DNA from: Camelus ferus
Taxonomy: Eukaryota
Direction: 5' to 3'
NCBI RefSeq assembly: GCF_009834535.1
Contig: NC_045698.1
Span: 1,738,001 to 1,802,000 of the forward strand
DNA length: 64,000 nucleotides
The translations under genes were made by a program, and so were the position numbers. The notes under the pieces are model-generated. The model searched no databases and was not told the DNA's origin. It saw nothing but the letters and a program-made list of their open reading frames with translations. This document shows positions 1 through 13,400 of the stretch, piece by piece (within the stretch, counting starts at the first letter, position 1; the number at the start of each line of letters is the position of its first letter).

Positions 1-1239
1 TCAAGTGTGTCTGTATTTTCATAACAGATGACTGAGACCCTGCTTCTCGGCCAGTCCCTGTGCTCACCAGCCCAGGTCACCCCCATGGCCAGGATCGGCC
101 CCCCTGAACAGACTCCACACGCATCTCCCCATGAGCATGGTCTCTAAGGACGCCAAGGCGGTCCCCGTGCCCCAGACACCCCAGCCAGCCCCTGCCCAGC
201 CCGGGGGCACAACTCACCGCTCTCAGCCACTTCCCAAGTCACTGGAGAGTGAGACACCAGTACAAACCAGGCTTCTCCCCCTGCTCCTAGGTCCAATGGG
301 CACATCTGGCCATTTGGAGGCACATCTTTTGACTCCACGAAGTGTAGGGACCTCAAGGAATTGCCCACACAGGGAGGAGAAGGGGAGGAGCGTCAGCAGA
401 GAGAGATGGGACACCCGGGGAAGGAGGACAGAAGACCAGGATGCAGAGGAGGAAAGCCTGGAGGCCATGGACGGGGGCCCACGAAGCTGCCTTTGGAGGG
501 GATGACAAAACACTTCAACAGGGCCAGCTGGAGGGGACTAAGGCGTGAGTTGTGGAGACGGACGGTGAGGTGTGGGTGCTCCTCCCAGCATCCCGCAGAG
601 AACGGGGAAACCAGGCGGAGCCTGGGTGCAGCAGGGGCCTGGAGAAGGCTGAGAGTGGGGCTGGCTGCGCTGAAAAGGCGGAGACATGGCAAGTGTGTGG
701 GGCCGGCGTGGAGGGACTGGAAGCGGGTGACCTCCAGCAAAGATGATGTGGTGGCCATGATGAGGCTGGAGCAGAAGGCCCCACCCCCTGACACCCACCT
801 GGGAGGCCACCTGTGCAGGAAGCTCCGTTCCCGCCAAGGCTTCCGGCCCCGACCCGTCTTCTCTCTGCCTGGGGAGCCACCTGCTGCCACTGGAGTGGGA
901 GCCAGTGGATAAACATCTCAGTGACCCCACCAAGGCGCGTCCCCTGGGGTCTCCTGGCCCCCTCCCGTGTTGCCTCCCAAGTGAGCTCTTTGCCAGATCC
1001 TTTACTCAGAAACTGCGCTGGGTAGCCCACTGTAAGAGGTTGTAAGGCACTGGTGAGGGAACTGGGGAGCTGCTATCAAAGTGCCTCCTGGAAAAAAGCA
1101 GAAGGCCGGCCAGTGCTGCACAGAGAGGTGGAGGGGGAGGCGTGGGAGCGGCCCGGGGGCGGAGTGCTGGGGGGGTTCTGGTCTCAGAAAATGCTCCCTT
1201 TGGCCCTTTTAGAAGAAAACACTGATGATGAGAAACCAC

Positions 1240-2200
1240 AGCCGCGGCCAAGGTCACCGGCACGGGGCCCCCTTGCCAGTGACAGGACGAGGCCGGGTTA
1301 GGCCGCGCGAAGGGCACGCAGCCCCCGTGACAGCCGTGCGCGCCCGCCGCAGACCGGCGTGGCTGAGCCCTGGGCGGAGGTGCTTCCCTCTCCGCCGTCA
1401 CGTCGCCCTGCGTGTCAGGGAAGGACCACCGCTCCTCCTCCTCCCCCTGGACGCGCTCCTTGTTCGTTGGCTTTTTTAGTTAGAAGAGACTCTAAGCCTC
1501 CCCGGGGTCCCCAGCTTAATAAGCCCCTTCCTCTGGATGCCGAATGGGACACGAGACAGCCCAGAAAGACCGCTGGACACTAAATACAGCGGGAGCTGCC
1601 TTCCTCGGAAGCGCCTGCTGTCCCCCGCTCACTCCTGGGAGCCGCGGCGCCGCCCTCCTCCCGGCCTGCGCGCGCCCACGGGCCTGCGGGGCCCCGGCGC
1701 CCCGAGCTCCAGGCCTCCGCCCGCGCCTCCCGCGGCCCCCCCCCCCCCCCCCGCCCGTGCGGCCGCGTCCCCGGGGCGCAGGCCCGGCTGCACCCTCGCC
1801 TCTGCACGGGGTTCTGCCGGGAGCCTGCCGCGCGCCCTCTCACCCGGCCTTCCCGCCTCCCGTCGTAAACGCCACCCTCCAGCAGGCTGAGAGCGACTTG
1901 GTGTGTTTTTCTTAGAAAGCCCAGCTCTTCGCGATGACTCAGGATTGGCAGGGATGTCCCCCTTTCAGCACGCGGCCTGCGTGCTCCAGCCCGGTGTACA
2001 GTCCCCCCCGTCGCTTCCCTCCCTGCCCCCTCCTCTCCCGAGTGACCGCCTTCACCGCCGGGCCCGTGGACCCTTTCCTCGTCCACTTCACCAGAGCGAG
2101 CAGGCGCCGCCGTGCTCCTCTCGCCATCTCTCTGACGCAAGGGTCTCTCGGTCCTGCGTGCCTGACATCACAGCGTCCCCGGGTGCCCCATACCCTGCGG
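1240..2200. promoter_or_regulatory. Orphan CpG island
   Basis: CpG-dense with a C-run at ~1735-1752; contains TGACTCA (AP-1) and ATTGG at ~1936-1948. Confidence 0.65.
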
Positions 2201-2279
2201 CTGGAGGGGGCTCTGACTCCCCTTCCCCGTGTGGCTTCCTGGGTCTGTGATCACCTGCTCCCCGACGGGTTCCCTGCGC

Positions 2280-2735
2280 TCTCCTTCCTGTGGCTGCTGT
2301 GACAACGCACCACAAACTGAGGGGCTTAAAACACCAAAAATGTGTTCTCTCACAGCTCTGGGAGTCAGACTGAACCAAGGCGCTGGCCCAGCCATGCTGC
2401 CTCGTCTCCAGGGGACGGTCCATCCTGCCCCTTTCAGCTGCTGGTGGTCCTGGTGTCCCAGGCTTGTGGTCCCATCACTCCAATCTCTGCCTCCATCTTC
2501 ACGGGACCTCCTCCGGGACCCCCGTTCTCCGTCTGTCTGTCTAATCTCTGTCTGCCTCCCACTCTCAGGAGCCCTGACATTGGATCTAGGGCCCACCCAG
2601 GGAGTCCAGGGAAAGCGCCTCATCCCAGAACCCTTCATCACATCTTCCCTTTTCCCTTTTCCCAAATAAGATGCCATTCACAGGTCTGGGGTCAGGACAT
2701 GGACAGTCTTCGGAGGCCACCATTCACCCCACCGC
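2280..2735 (-). mobile_element. MaLR LTR remnant (MLT1B/C-like)
   Basis: Begins TTCCTGTGGCTGCTGTGACAACGCACCACAAACTG..GGCTTAAAACA..TTCTCTCACAGCTCTGG and ends CCATTCACAGGT..GGGGTCAGGACATGGAC..GGCCACCATTCA, typical of a reverse-orientation MLT1. Confidence 0.8.
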
Positions 2736-5700
2736 AGTTGACAACGTTGGATGTCTCACTGTAGTGGGAACTCCTGGGCCAGCCCTGCTTCCCAGTGTGG
2801 AGACAAGTCCTCAGCACACCCTCCAGGAGAGGTGTTGGGGGCTGGGGGTGGCTGCCGGGCAGTTTTGCTAGCTTTTGTCCAACTTCCCTCCACGGGTTGC
2901 CTTTCTCTTACACGTGTGAGGCCAGACCTCTATCCGTGGGCTTAAAGGCAATTTCACGTGCTTGCATTTTCAGCGACATGTCTTTCCTTGTCACGCATGA
3001 GATGAACACTCATCTATTGAGTGTTTGGGTCTCTTTTTCCCTTGACTATTTAAAACATCTTAAAAATTAAGGTTTTTAGCCCTTAAGCTAAGATAGGAGC
3101 TGTTACTGTGTCCCCAGTTGGCGTTGCTTTGGATCAAGGTGACTTGGGGGGTTTGGGGCCATGCGCACTTTTGTACAGTGTGGTTTTATTACTTTTCTTG
3201 ATTTAATTGCATCTTTATTTGGATCGTGGTGGGAAGGCGTTCACTAGTCAGGTTAGAAGTGAACTCGTCCATGTGCTCTGAGAGTGCACTCAAAATCTCA
3301 TTGAAATTTTTTTTCATATGGACCTCTGACCCTTTTTACAGGGCAGAGGCCTCTGAAGGGAGCCCCTGCCTCGGGGCAGATGAGGCCTCGGGGTGCTGTG
3401 ATGGATGGAAGCCCCTGCTCACACTGACCAGTGAATTAGTCGGGACGACTCCGGCACCCAGGATGGACCTGCCCTTGGAAGACGCACGGGTCACAGATGG
3501 CTGGTGCGGAAGGCACTCTGAGCGCTAGACAGGCCTCCGTCCTCCCTTTCCAGCCGTCCAGGCCCCCATCTCCTCTTCAGGCAGTGGACGATCTGAGCTG
3601 CAGGTGCCCCCTCGTAATCCGGCGACACCAAACAGGAGCTCCCAGCATCCAGGAAGGAGTCCGATAGTTACAGCGAGGGCGCGGAGCCAGACCCTGGTGG
3701 AATCGGGCAGGACCCCACACCCTGCTCAGAGCGTGAGAGGTCACTCCAGGTTCGGGGTATCTCCACAAATTCTCAGATTACACACCCTCCTGAGAGAAGC
3801 AAAATCATCAGAGGACCACCCGGAAGCAGAGCATACCATTTCCAGTGCATTCTTGTGACGTTCTGTACCATGTACAGTCATTTTCCAAAATCAACACTTT
3901 TTTTTCCAGCACTTAGGCAAATGTAGATCTCAAAAAAGCCTAAAACCAAACTTAAGAGAAAAAATAAAGCATCCATTCACAGAATTTAGCATACCCTTGT
4001 CCTCAAAAATGAAGTTGGTTCACACACAGTTTAAGCAAAGTATCTACAATTCTGGCCCCAAATGCATGTTTACCTACAGTTCACAGGGGAGAGTTGACTG
4101 GTCAGGCAACTCGCTCGTGGCTAACAGACCATCACAGGGAGACGGACTCTCCGTGGCGACCAAGCCCGCACATTTCAACACACACCATCACTGGCCTTGT
4201 TGCTGGAAGCTTCTGTCCCATCTGGACGCCATGAATGGGGGTCACCCCCCGGGTGCACAGGCACCAAGCACAAAGCACTCTCTACATGTACATGTTAGAC
4301 GCCCACTTCTGAGACACTCCTGACAGCTGTCAGTGTGTCCTGTTATCTGTTTTTAAACAACAAAGTTGGGGGAAAAAACATGCAAAAAAGAAGTCTAATT
4401 CTCTTCCATTGTGCATTTATAGAATATTTATAGGCTATTTATAGATGGCCTGTGCACACAGTCCATGCCATCAGCGTGTTTAAAATAGGCACTTTCTGAG
4501 CTGGGGCCTGGGCTGGGGCCTCGGCTGGGGCCTCCCCTCCTCCCTGGGCCCTGAAGTCTCTTGGCAGTCGCTTCTGGAACCAGTTCAGGAGCACGACATT
4601 GACACTGGGATCCTACCTCTGGCTTCAGTATTATTTGCAAATTTAAAATAACGAAGTGTTAAAAATAAATGTGTATTGTAACAAGTAACTCCCAACGATA
4701 AATGCATCAAGGCAGTGGAACCAACTACCTTTAAGGGATTAAAATTGAAGTTGATGATGACCCCACATTATTCATTACATTAAATGGAGATGCCTTTAAA
4801 TTTATATTAAATTCAATTTAAATGCCATCAAGACCATGGTCGACAAAGTCCTGATGGATGAATATTTTAGTCTGATTCTGCGGCGGTGAACTTTATTTTT
4901 GTACCTTGAGGCAAGGTGATGGAGATTTTATATGCAGTCGGTTGAACTGGGTTTGTAGTAACATCACTTATGATTTCCATAAAATAAAATTTTATCTTTA
5001 AAAAAACGACTTTAGGAGGTTTAAGTCTTGAACTCCAAAAACATTTCTTCAGGCTTCCCTTGGCTTCACTCACAGCTTTATATTCTGAAATCCAATCGCT
5101 TTCTCACATCACTTTTCAGAGCCTCTCTGGTTTAGAATGAACAATGAGTCGTTTTAAAGGTTTTTGGTTTGATGTTGGTACTCGGTGGTCTTTCACCTCG
5201 ATTCTTCCACTTCCAGCTCTCGGTCGTAGGGGAAAAGGGCCCCACGCAGAGCTTCCCTCGGAGCTGGCGGTGAACGTGTGTGTGCTGAGGGAACGAGCGG
5301 ACCAGTAAGTAATTGGTCAGTCGTAATTAACCAGCCTCTGTAACTGTTTCTCAGCAAGAACAGGCAGCTTCCGTCTGCCTCCTGGAAGAGGCCTGTGCTG
5401 CAGAGTCTGCGAGCCCCACCGCCAGCGACACAGCCGGTCTCCCTGAAGAGATTCTCGGGGACAGCAACATTGATGCTGTCGATGCAGAGAAACAGGTCAC
5501 TGTCTGTGGGCCGCGCCACCAGCCTCTGCTCTAGAGGCTTCTGTCTAAGCTCCTCGAGTTCAGGGGAGGGTCCTCTCTCAATATCTGATTCCCAGAATTG
5601 AGGGCCCGGCTTCCCAGAGGAGGGTCTTTCCTGGAGGCTGACAGAAGCTCGGGGCTGGGAGCTCACTCTGCCAGGTACTCCCGGGGCCCTGTGACTTCCT

Positions 5701-7411
5701 TCAGCCCGGCGGCTTTCTCACTCCTGTCCTTGCTCATCTAGCCAATGACTCGTTTCTCCCTAAATCGAGGCAGCCCCAGCCCCAGGGGCAGGGCAGGTGG
5801 AGCTGAAAGCCGGGGGCCACTGCTCAGCTGTGACTCTCAAAATCGCTTTTTTTAAAAAGGAGTCCACGAGATTTGGGAGCCAGAACTCAACTGCAAAAGC
5901 CAAGTTCTTGAGAAAACGAAGAAACAAACAAACAAGCAAAGGCATTTCTTGAGCTCCGAAGGCTTTCCTTGAATCGTCACAGACCAGAGCTGCTACGGGA
6001 CAAGCAGGCCGGTCCCGCGGGCAGTGGAAGAATTTACCAGAAGTAAAGAAAAGCCGTCAGCTACAGTGCGGCAGGCAGCGCTGGGCGGACAGAGGCAGAG
6101 GCGTGTGTGCCCCGAGGGCCGCTGGCTGGGGCCTCCTATAAGGGAGTGGCTCTAACTCCTCGTGCTGGTGGGACACTGGGCGCTGGAAGGGTCTCAGACG
6201 CATCATCCGTTGTTGCACAGTCGTCTGAGGGCTTGACGGTGAGGGGACGGGAAGGGCGGGGGCTCGGGAGGGCAGGGCTGGGCCTTGTGGTCGGGGCTGC
6301 GACCGGTTCCGGGGGTCAGGTTGCCGGGCGCCGCGGGGATGGTCATTTCCTCACGGAGGCTCCGTGACCTGCAAAGAGCAGCCTCCGGGCACCCGAGGGG
6401 CTTGGGGCCGATGTCTGCGGACCCCTTGAGCTGGTTCCCATGTGACGGCGTGGCGTGCTGGGAGTGGGGTGCGCTTTGTGTTTTCTGGTCTTTGTCTTCG
6501 TTACACGGGTGGTGAGGATGCAGGCGGACGTCTTGTGACTGGAGACCTGCCCTCCGTGGGGCCTCTTACCAGTCCTTGCACCCCACAGAGCCTGGTGGCC
6601 ACAGGGCGGTGAGCCCACCCCACAGAGAGGGGCACAGTGAACGCCAGGGTCCTTCTGCCAACGGAGGGAAGGAAGGTCTGAGTCAGGGACCCCGCCCACT
6701 GCCCGAGGGCCCCCGACTCGCAGGCAGGAAGGAGGGCTTGGATGGGGCATGTGCCCTGGACAGAGCCTGGGGCCCCACTGGCAGCTCGGGAGGACTCAGG
6801 GCGGCTCCCAGAGTCAGAAGTCAAGTGTGCTCAGACCTCGGACCAACGGGAGCCACCCGAGCCTAAGTCTCGGGAGGGGGCGGGGCCCGGGGGGCGGGGT
6901 CACAGCCCAGCGCAGACACGGCCGGGGGGGGGCGGGGGCAGAGAGGCAGGCGCGGGAGGGGGACGGATGGGACAGGTCGCATCTGCCCGCCACCACCTGG
7001 CTGTCCCCGACCAAGCAGCTTCTGAGGGAGCTGATCCTGACGCAGAGGAAGGAGGTCCACCTCTGCACGACCGCCCAGTGAGGATGGCGGTTTTCAGACT
7101 CAGAAGCTATAGAGTGAAGAAGAGACGGCCCGCTTTCTCGGTACCTCCCCGCCCTGAAGGCAGGAAGCACAGGCAGCCTCCTGGATGCCCAGATGGTCGG
7201 GGGGCAAGGGGATGGAAGGTAACTTCACACCCACACGTCCCTTCCCCTTCCACCGACGGTGCCCAGGGCCACCTCCGCCTGCCACTCGGCTCGCTGTGTG
7301 CGCACCAGTGTTCAGCCCGCTACCTGGGGCCGTGGAGGAAGATTCTCCACTGTGAGCTTCAGCCTCAACGTCAGAGACGTTTCAGAGACAAGGGGACCAC
7401 GGAGAACTGAG

Positions 7412-7475
7412 ACCATTCATTCACGCAAAAGTATTTGCCGAGCACCTGCCACACGCAAAGGATTGTGCTAAGGTG
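7412..7475 (-). mobile_element. L2 3'-end remnant
   Basis: CATTCATTCA..AAGTATTTGCCGAGCACCTGCCAC..GTGCTAAGG resembles the L2 tail. Confidence 0.5.
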
Positions 7476-10400
7476 ACCAACACATCCGCGAGCCGCGTTG
7501 CACTCAGTCAGCGCTGACCGGCAAGCGTTCTCGCTGATGCTCTTCAGAGTCGCCGTGGGACGTCCCTCAGGGCGGGTTCTGGTGACTTTGGTCGGTCCTT
7601 CCTTTGGGTGTCCTCTCAGGTCCGTTGGGACTGCTTCCGGCTGCAAGTGCCCTGCAAGAGGACTTCGAGGAGGAAGGCACGAAATGACAAGCTCCTGGTT
7701 GGGAATGCCAACACACGTACGTCCCGGGGACCACGGTCTCCGCACATCCCGTCTCTTGTCCACTGCAGAGCCTGAGCCCGCCCCGGCCCTCCGGGCAGCG
7801 CATCTCCCTCAGCGGCTCGCGGGGAGGAGGGGGGGGGCAGGCGGGAAATGCGGACAGCGTGCTGTGTTTTGATTATCATCAGGGAAAAAAGGTTTTCTCC
7901 GAGCCCCTCTCCTGCCCACCCCCCACACACACACCGCAGCCGTTCTCTGTCCTGCCTGAGGGCCTCGGCGGGGTCTATGGTCCAGGCCCAGCAGCAGGAG
8001 GTGCTGGGGAGAAAACGTCCACTTTTCCAGACTCCACAGAAGGAAGGAAGCGAGGGAGAAGGAAGGGGCTGAGCCCGAGGAGGCGGCAACGACGTGGACC
8101 ACGTCTCCTGCGGGTGCGCCCAGCCACCTACAGTGTCACGGTCCTGTCTCAGAGTCAGTCCAAGGCTCCCCCAGGTCCCTGTGTCTCAGGTGCGGCCTGT
8201 CAGGTGACGAGGGTGACTGTTCACAGAGACACCACGCACAGAGGCTTCCATTTCAGCCATCGCCCTCCAGACGACTAAGGAGTGCCTTTTGCAGATACGT
8301 GATCACATGCATCATTGCACTTAGCCTCATCGACTGTTCCATCTCCGGGATGGAAGGGGTGCAGCCTGGTGGCCGCACTGACAGGTCTGGGTTCTCGAGT
8401 CCCCTCCCGCCTGAGCCACGTCCTCGAGGCTGGTCTGAAGCCCCCCTATCCCCACAGTCAAAGAGAAGCCGCTGATCCAACAGTCGTCAGTGTCAACCAT
8501 GTCGAGGGCTTAATTTTGACTGTCCTGTTATTTTTATAAGTGTTTAGAAAGCTTATTTTTCCAAAAAGAGTTTCAAATGAATCCAAAATGAATCATTTTT
8601 AAATAGCAGGAGGGAAGAATCAGTGCGGGAAGACGTTTAATTTCGGCTGGAAAGCAAAGATCTGTGACCCTGACGTATAAAGTATCAGCAGAGGAGCCCG
8701 GACGGGTCTGCCTGCCTCTCGGCCGCACAGCGCCCAGCACAGGTTCAGAAAGAAACGCGACTTCCCAGCAGGGGGGCGCCCGGGGCGCTGCACGCCGCTA
8801 ACCTTCCACGTGATTGATTTAGAATGAAACTGCCGTGCGATTATGTGTACTTACACACCGTTTGTCAATTCAATATCTCTCTATATATTTTAAAGGAATA
8901 TTTATTTGTTCTCAGAATCCCAATATATACATTTGTGAAGCGACTTACAAACTTTACCTGGTAGTTTGGAATTTCCCCCGTCACCGAGGGCCCTCGGGAG
9001 GCACCAAAACGTAATCATTCTGAGCAAAATAGCCCTGCCTCACGGTTAAAAATAGAAGCCATTATATTTCCTAGTTTCTGCCAAATTGCACATAAGTGAG
9101 CGGAGAGCCGGACGAGGTGATGAGTCTGTGCTGACTCAGCTCCTAGGCTGTCCTCGAGCCCAACAAGTGTCACAGCGACCGCGCAGCCCCGCCCGCACCA
9201 GTGCACCGCGCGGAGGGGCGCCCGGGGTCTGGCCCCGAGCCCATCCCTGGTCAAACCTCCTCAGGTGAGCAGGCACTGAGGTCAGGGCCGCCCGTGCACC
9301 CTGGAGCATCTCTGAGAAAAGCCAGCAGCCCCCAGGCCCTCAGGTACCTGGTTGAAAGGAACAAAGCCCCGCACGCACCTCTGCCCAGGTGTGCACCCCG
9401 CACCCAGGGAGAGCCGCTTCGCTGGGGTCACATCCTCACACAGCAACAGGACTGCACGGGCCTGGCGGGACCTCAGGGAGCTTGGGGAGCTGGAGGCTGC
9501 TGGCTCCCCCACCGGGAACTTGGCTCAGTCTAAAATCCCCTGGAAGTAAATTCCATGAATTTTTTTGATATTGAAAAGCTCCTAAGTCAGAAGATTGCAT
9601 ACTCACAATGGTTTTTATTATTTGAGGGAAAGGAAAGCATTATTATTAATTACATTACTAATTGCTTTCACCACATGTTGACGTCCATCGTCACTTAGAT
9701 TCCTTGTGGTCACAGCAGCAGCAGAACTTGGCCATCGGGAATGTGAGGGGGGACAATTCTAGGTGACTCTGCACCTGTGGCTTTGGGATCCTGGGCAGAG
9801 GGCACTGGGGACAGGGCAGAGGTGTGCGGGTGACGACTGGGTGCTGGCTGGTTTGTCTGAGCCCTGAGTCCCCAGCCCACCCACATCAGTCCTGGGGCTG
9901 CAGCTGCTCCCTGGGGCGACGCACGCGTGTGGCCCATCAGACGCTGGAAGAATCCTGGGTGCAGAGCCTGGCCTGGGGTGAGTACGGGGCCCGAGCCCTC
10001 TCCACGGCCAAGGTCACTGTCCAGAGATGACCCCGCCCCCTCCGGCCCAGGGAGCGTCCTCTCAGCAGCCTTGCTGTCCACCCCTGCACCCCCACTCTCT
10101 CTGACACCCCAAGGACAAGTGGACCTGGACACGCGGGCACACGGTTGTCCAGGAGAGGACAGGCACACCCCAGAAATGCCCTTCCCTCGGCAGGAGGCGA
10201 GGGGGGCCCCCAAGAGGAGTCCGTTCTAGGTTCGAGGGGGCTGTGACAAGGAGGGGCCCCCTCCGAGAGGCGGGGGGCTGGGCTTATGGCCCGTCCAGGA
10301 GCCCAAGTCTCATCCCACGGCAGACCCCCTGGAGTCAGAGCCCCATGCGGTCCCCACCACCCTGTCCTAAAAGCGTCCTCTGCTCCTGAGCCGGCCGTGC

Positions 10401-13400
10401 GCTGACTGCCCGAGGAAGCCCCTTCCCTGCCAGCAGGGACACCTGCGTTTCTGTGCTGTGGGGAGTCATCGTAAGTCACCGCGCTGCATGGAGGCCGGGG
10501 CCCTCACCGACCTGGTGCTGAGCGCTGACTAAGAGCAGTCCGGTCGGGGGGACCGGCCCCCTCCACGGCAGCGCGCCCTGGCTGGCGCCAGTGTGCTGTC
10601 AGAACAACACAGCAGAGGGCTGGCTCCCCGTCGGAACAGAAACGCAGAGCCAAGGCCACGTGCACCGCGTTCACGCCGTCCTGCCAGCGTGCGTAGCGAC
10701 AGCTAACCTGCCCGAACGGGAGACGACGGGATTCACCAGTGGAAACAAAGGTGGGCGTCTGTACTCAGGACCCCGGAGCTCCCCCACTCGGGATAGCTGA
10801 CCCCCTTACACCCTGGTCACCTCAGGGTCCACCGGTGCCACCAGGCTCCAGCACGCGTGAGCCATTCCTTTACTGGTTTAAATAAACAGGAACTTCCTGT
10901 TTGGCCACTAGGGGCTGTAGCAGAGAACTCGGGGTTTCAGGATAATCGCAAAGACATAACTGTGCTGGGGTGACATTTTAGAGGAAAAGCCTCCTTCCCA
11001 CACTAAAGTGGAGCCGCAGGAAAGAGTCGGACGGCAGCTCGCGGGCGCCGGGCACCTGAGCGCCCATCAGTTACATGTGCGCTCGGCGGGCTGGCAGGGC
11101 TTTCTTTCCTCAACCACCATGGGACTTCAGGCTCAATCAACTTTAAGGGGTGAACGTACTTGGCAAAACGGTTAGCTGGGGACGATTTCCACAACCTCCA
11201 GAACTTCCCGCGTGAGTAGTATGCACCAAAGCATGTCTGAAGTTAAGCCCAGAAGTCACAGAACCTCTCTTGGATTTGGATTCCCGATTGATGGGAGGGA
11301 AATGATGAAAGCGAAAACGCAGAGCCAAGCCGAGCACCTCGAGAGTCCCCAGCTCGTCCTCAGCCAAGTGGCAGCAAGCAGCTGGCCGGAATTTCTGAGT
11401 GCCTCTAATGAAGAGGTGTCCTCGTGGTTCGGATTTGGTGATTAAATGGAATAAGACGAATATTCCTTAGTGGGTTTCCTGGAAGAGGATTGCCCTGGAA
11501 GACAGCGGGGGCCACGCATCCATCCCAGGGCCCCAGAGGAGGCGCGGGGGAACCACCCTTGGAAATCAAGCTTTTGATCGCATGGTGCTTGTCAGTGTGG
11601 GTTTTCCTTGCCATGTATTTCAAGACGCTTTCTTAGACCCAGTGGAGAGGTCTGGGCTGCTTTGTTGGGATTTCTGTCCTCAGAACGCAGAGCTGGGGGT
11701 TTGCAGAACCACCTCTGCATGGGTGCGTGGAGTGAACCCGCCTTGCGCTCAGCGCAGAGGCAGGAAGACTGAGCTTCCAGAAGCAGGAGCGCCCCCGAAG
11801 GCACCACAGAGATGATTCTGGGCCCCCCGGCCTGGTTTGACACAGGCCACCTTCTCTCACCTTCTCTCCATGACGGGAGAAGCCGTGACAGTCACCCGCC
11901 ATCATCAGAGGCTCAAGGGTGAAGTGTGTACCCGCTAACTGTTCACTGAAACTGGGAGCAATCTGTGTGGCCCGTTTTCCCCGGATAAGCTCCTGCTGCT
12001 CTCACGACTTAGGGACATTTACTGACTTTATTGACAGGCAGGCACCATCCGTCTCCTGTTTATAAAGGCAGAAACGGAGACCTGGGAGGGGGGGCCAGGC
12101 TGGGCTGACCCACTACATGCAGGGAATGGCCCGCTCGGTGCTGGCTCCCTGAGCCCCGAGAAATGAGGGGTCCTGAGTAGATCAACCTTCAGAGAAGCAG
12201 GAATCATCGCTCACCCGCAGACACCACCAGCGGACTTCAGGCTGCGGAACACCGGCCCTAGGGAGAAATGTATTTTATTATCTGCACGCACATGCACACG
12301 TGTGACTGAAGTACAAGTTGGAAAGCCCTCCCTCCCTTCCCAGTGACACTCTTTTATCCTATTTCATTTAAGGGAAACTGGACCCACCGTGAGGGGAAGC
12401 CACCACGTGGAAGTACACCTGAACTCTTCAGCTCGCCTTGCACGTTCGCGGACGCGTCCCTGCGGACCCGGCAGCGGCGCCTGCGCCCGGGCTGTTCCTG
12501 TGCAGGGTGAGACGCTCCTTTTCCTGCAGCCACGAGAAGCAGGTATTCGAGAGACACTTAGCCAGCTCCTCAGCATGGGTCCTACCACCGCTGCTGACTG
12601 AGCCGGTGCATAACTGAACCCGAGACTTGAGCTGTGACCCAAGGTCGTTTAAACGACCTAATGGAACAGACAGATGTCATCAGCGGACTTCACACAAATC
12701 TTCCCATGTCCTGGGAGCTCTTACTGGCTCCAAAGCATCCCAGGTCAACCCAGAGAGTCTTGGGCTTATAAACCCCAGACGTAGAAGACGCTGACCCTCC
12801 TTCCCGACCTTGTTTTCTTCATTAAAAGGAGAGCATCTCTGGACTCAGTGCCCCCCCCCCCGGCACCGGGTACACAATGACAGTGCAGTCACATGAACTG
12901 AGGGGATGAACACACCACTGTGGCCAAGGCCTAGGCCACACCACACCCCCAGGCTGAGGAAGCAGAATTCGGATCCCAGGAGGCGCGTGTGGGCCACTCT
13001 GTGCCAGCACCTCGGTGCCCGTGTTCCGAGGGCGCCCTCGCACGGGGCGGGAGCTGCTGGCCCATGGCCAGAGGCCCTCCCAGCGGGGCTAGCACAGTGG
13101 CGGCTGCTCCGCCCACCTGCACAATCCCGTGTGGCCTCCCACACCCCTGAGCTGACAGAGAAGATGGGGTCCCGGCTCTCCCAGAGGCAAACCCCTTACC
13201 GCAGTCTCATTCATTGTTAGCTCCATGTTTTGCTGAGGTTAGATTGAGGGGGGAGGAAAGAGCCAGGAAGCTTTGTTTAATCCAAATTCACACCCCGGCA
13301 ATGACATTCCCAAGGGATGTTAAGGTAAGACTTTGGAAGGAAGGTGACTCAGGGAAGTCCACGCACACCACTGGCAGGAGTGGGAGCGCCTCAGGGCGGC

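Noticed and set aside
370..780. Purine-rich stretch, possibly an ancient L2 remnant
   Set aside because: Too diverged to call by eye; RepeatMasker is needed.
5193..5666. 157-aa minus-strand ORF (..ELEELRQKPLEQRL..)
   Set aside because: No recognisable homology, no convincing splice or promoter context, and a non-ATG start. A blastp or PhyloCSF hit would be needed.
6131..6146. CCTATAAGG as a CArG or TATA box
   Set aside because: Only five A/T between CC and GG (CArG needs six), and no supporting downstream gene structure.
6870..6965. G-quadruplex-capable G-runs (also ~24100-24290 and 35780-35870)
   Set aside because: Expected at this GC content, with no specific evidence of function from sequence alone.
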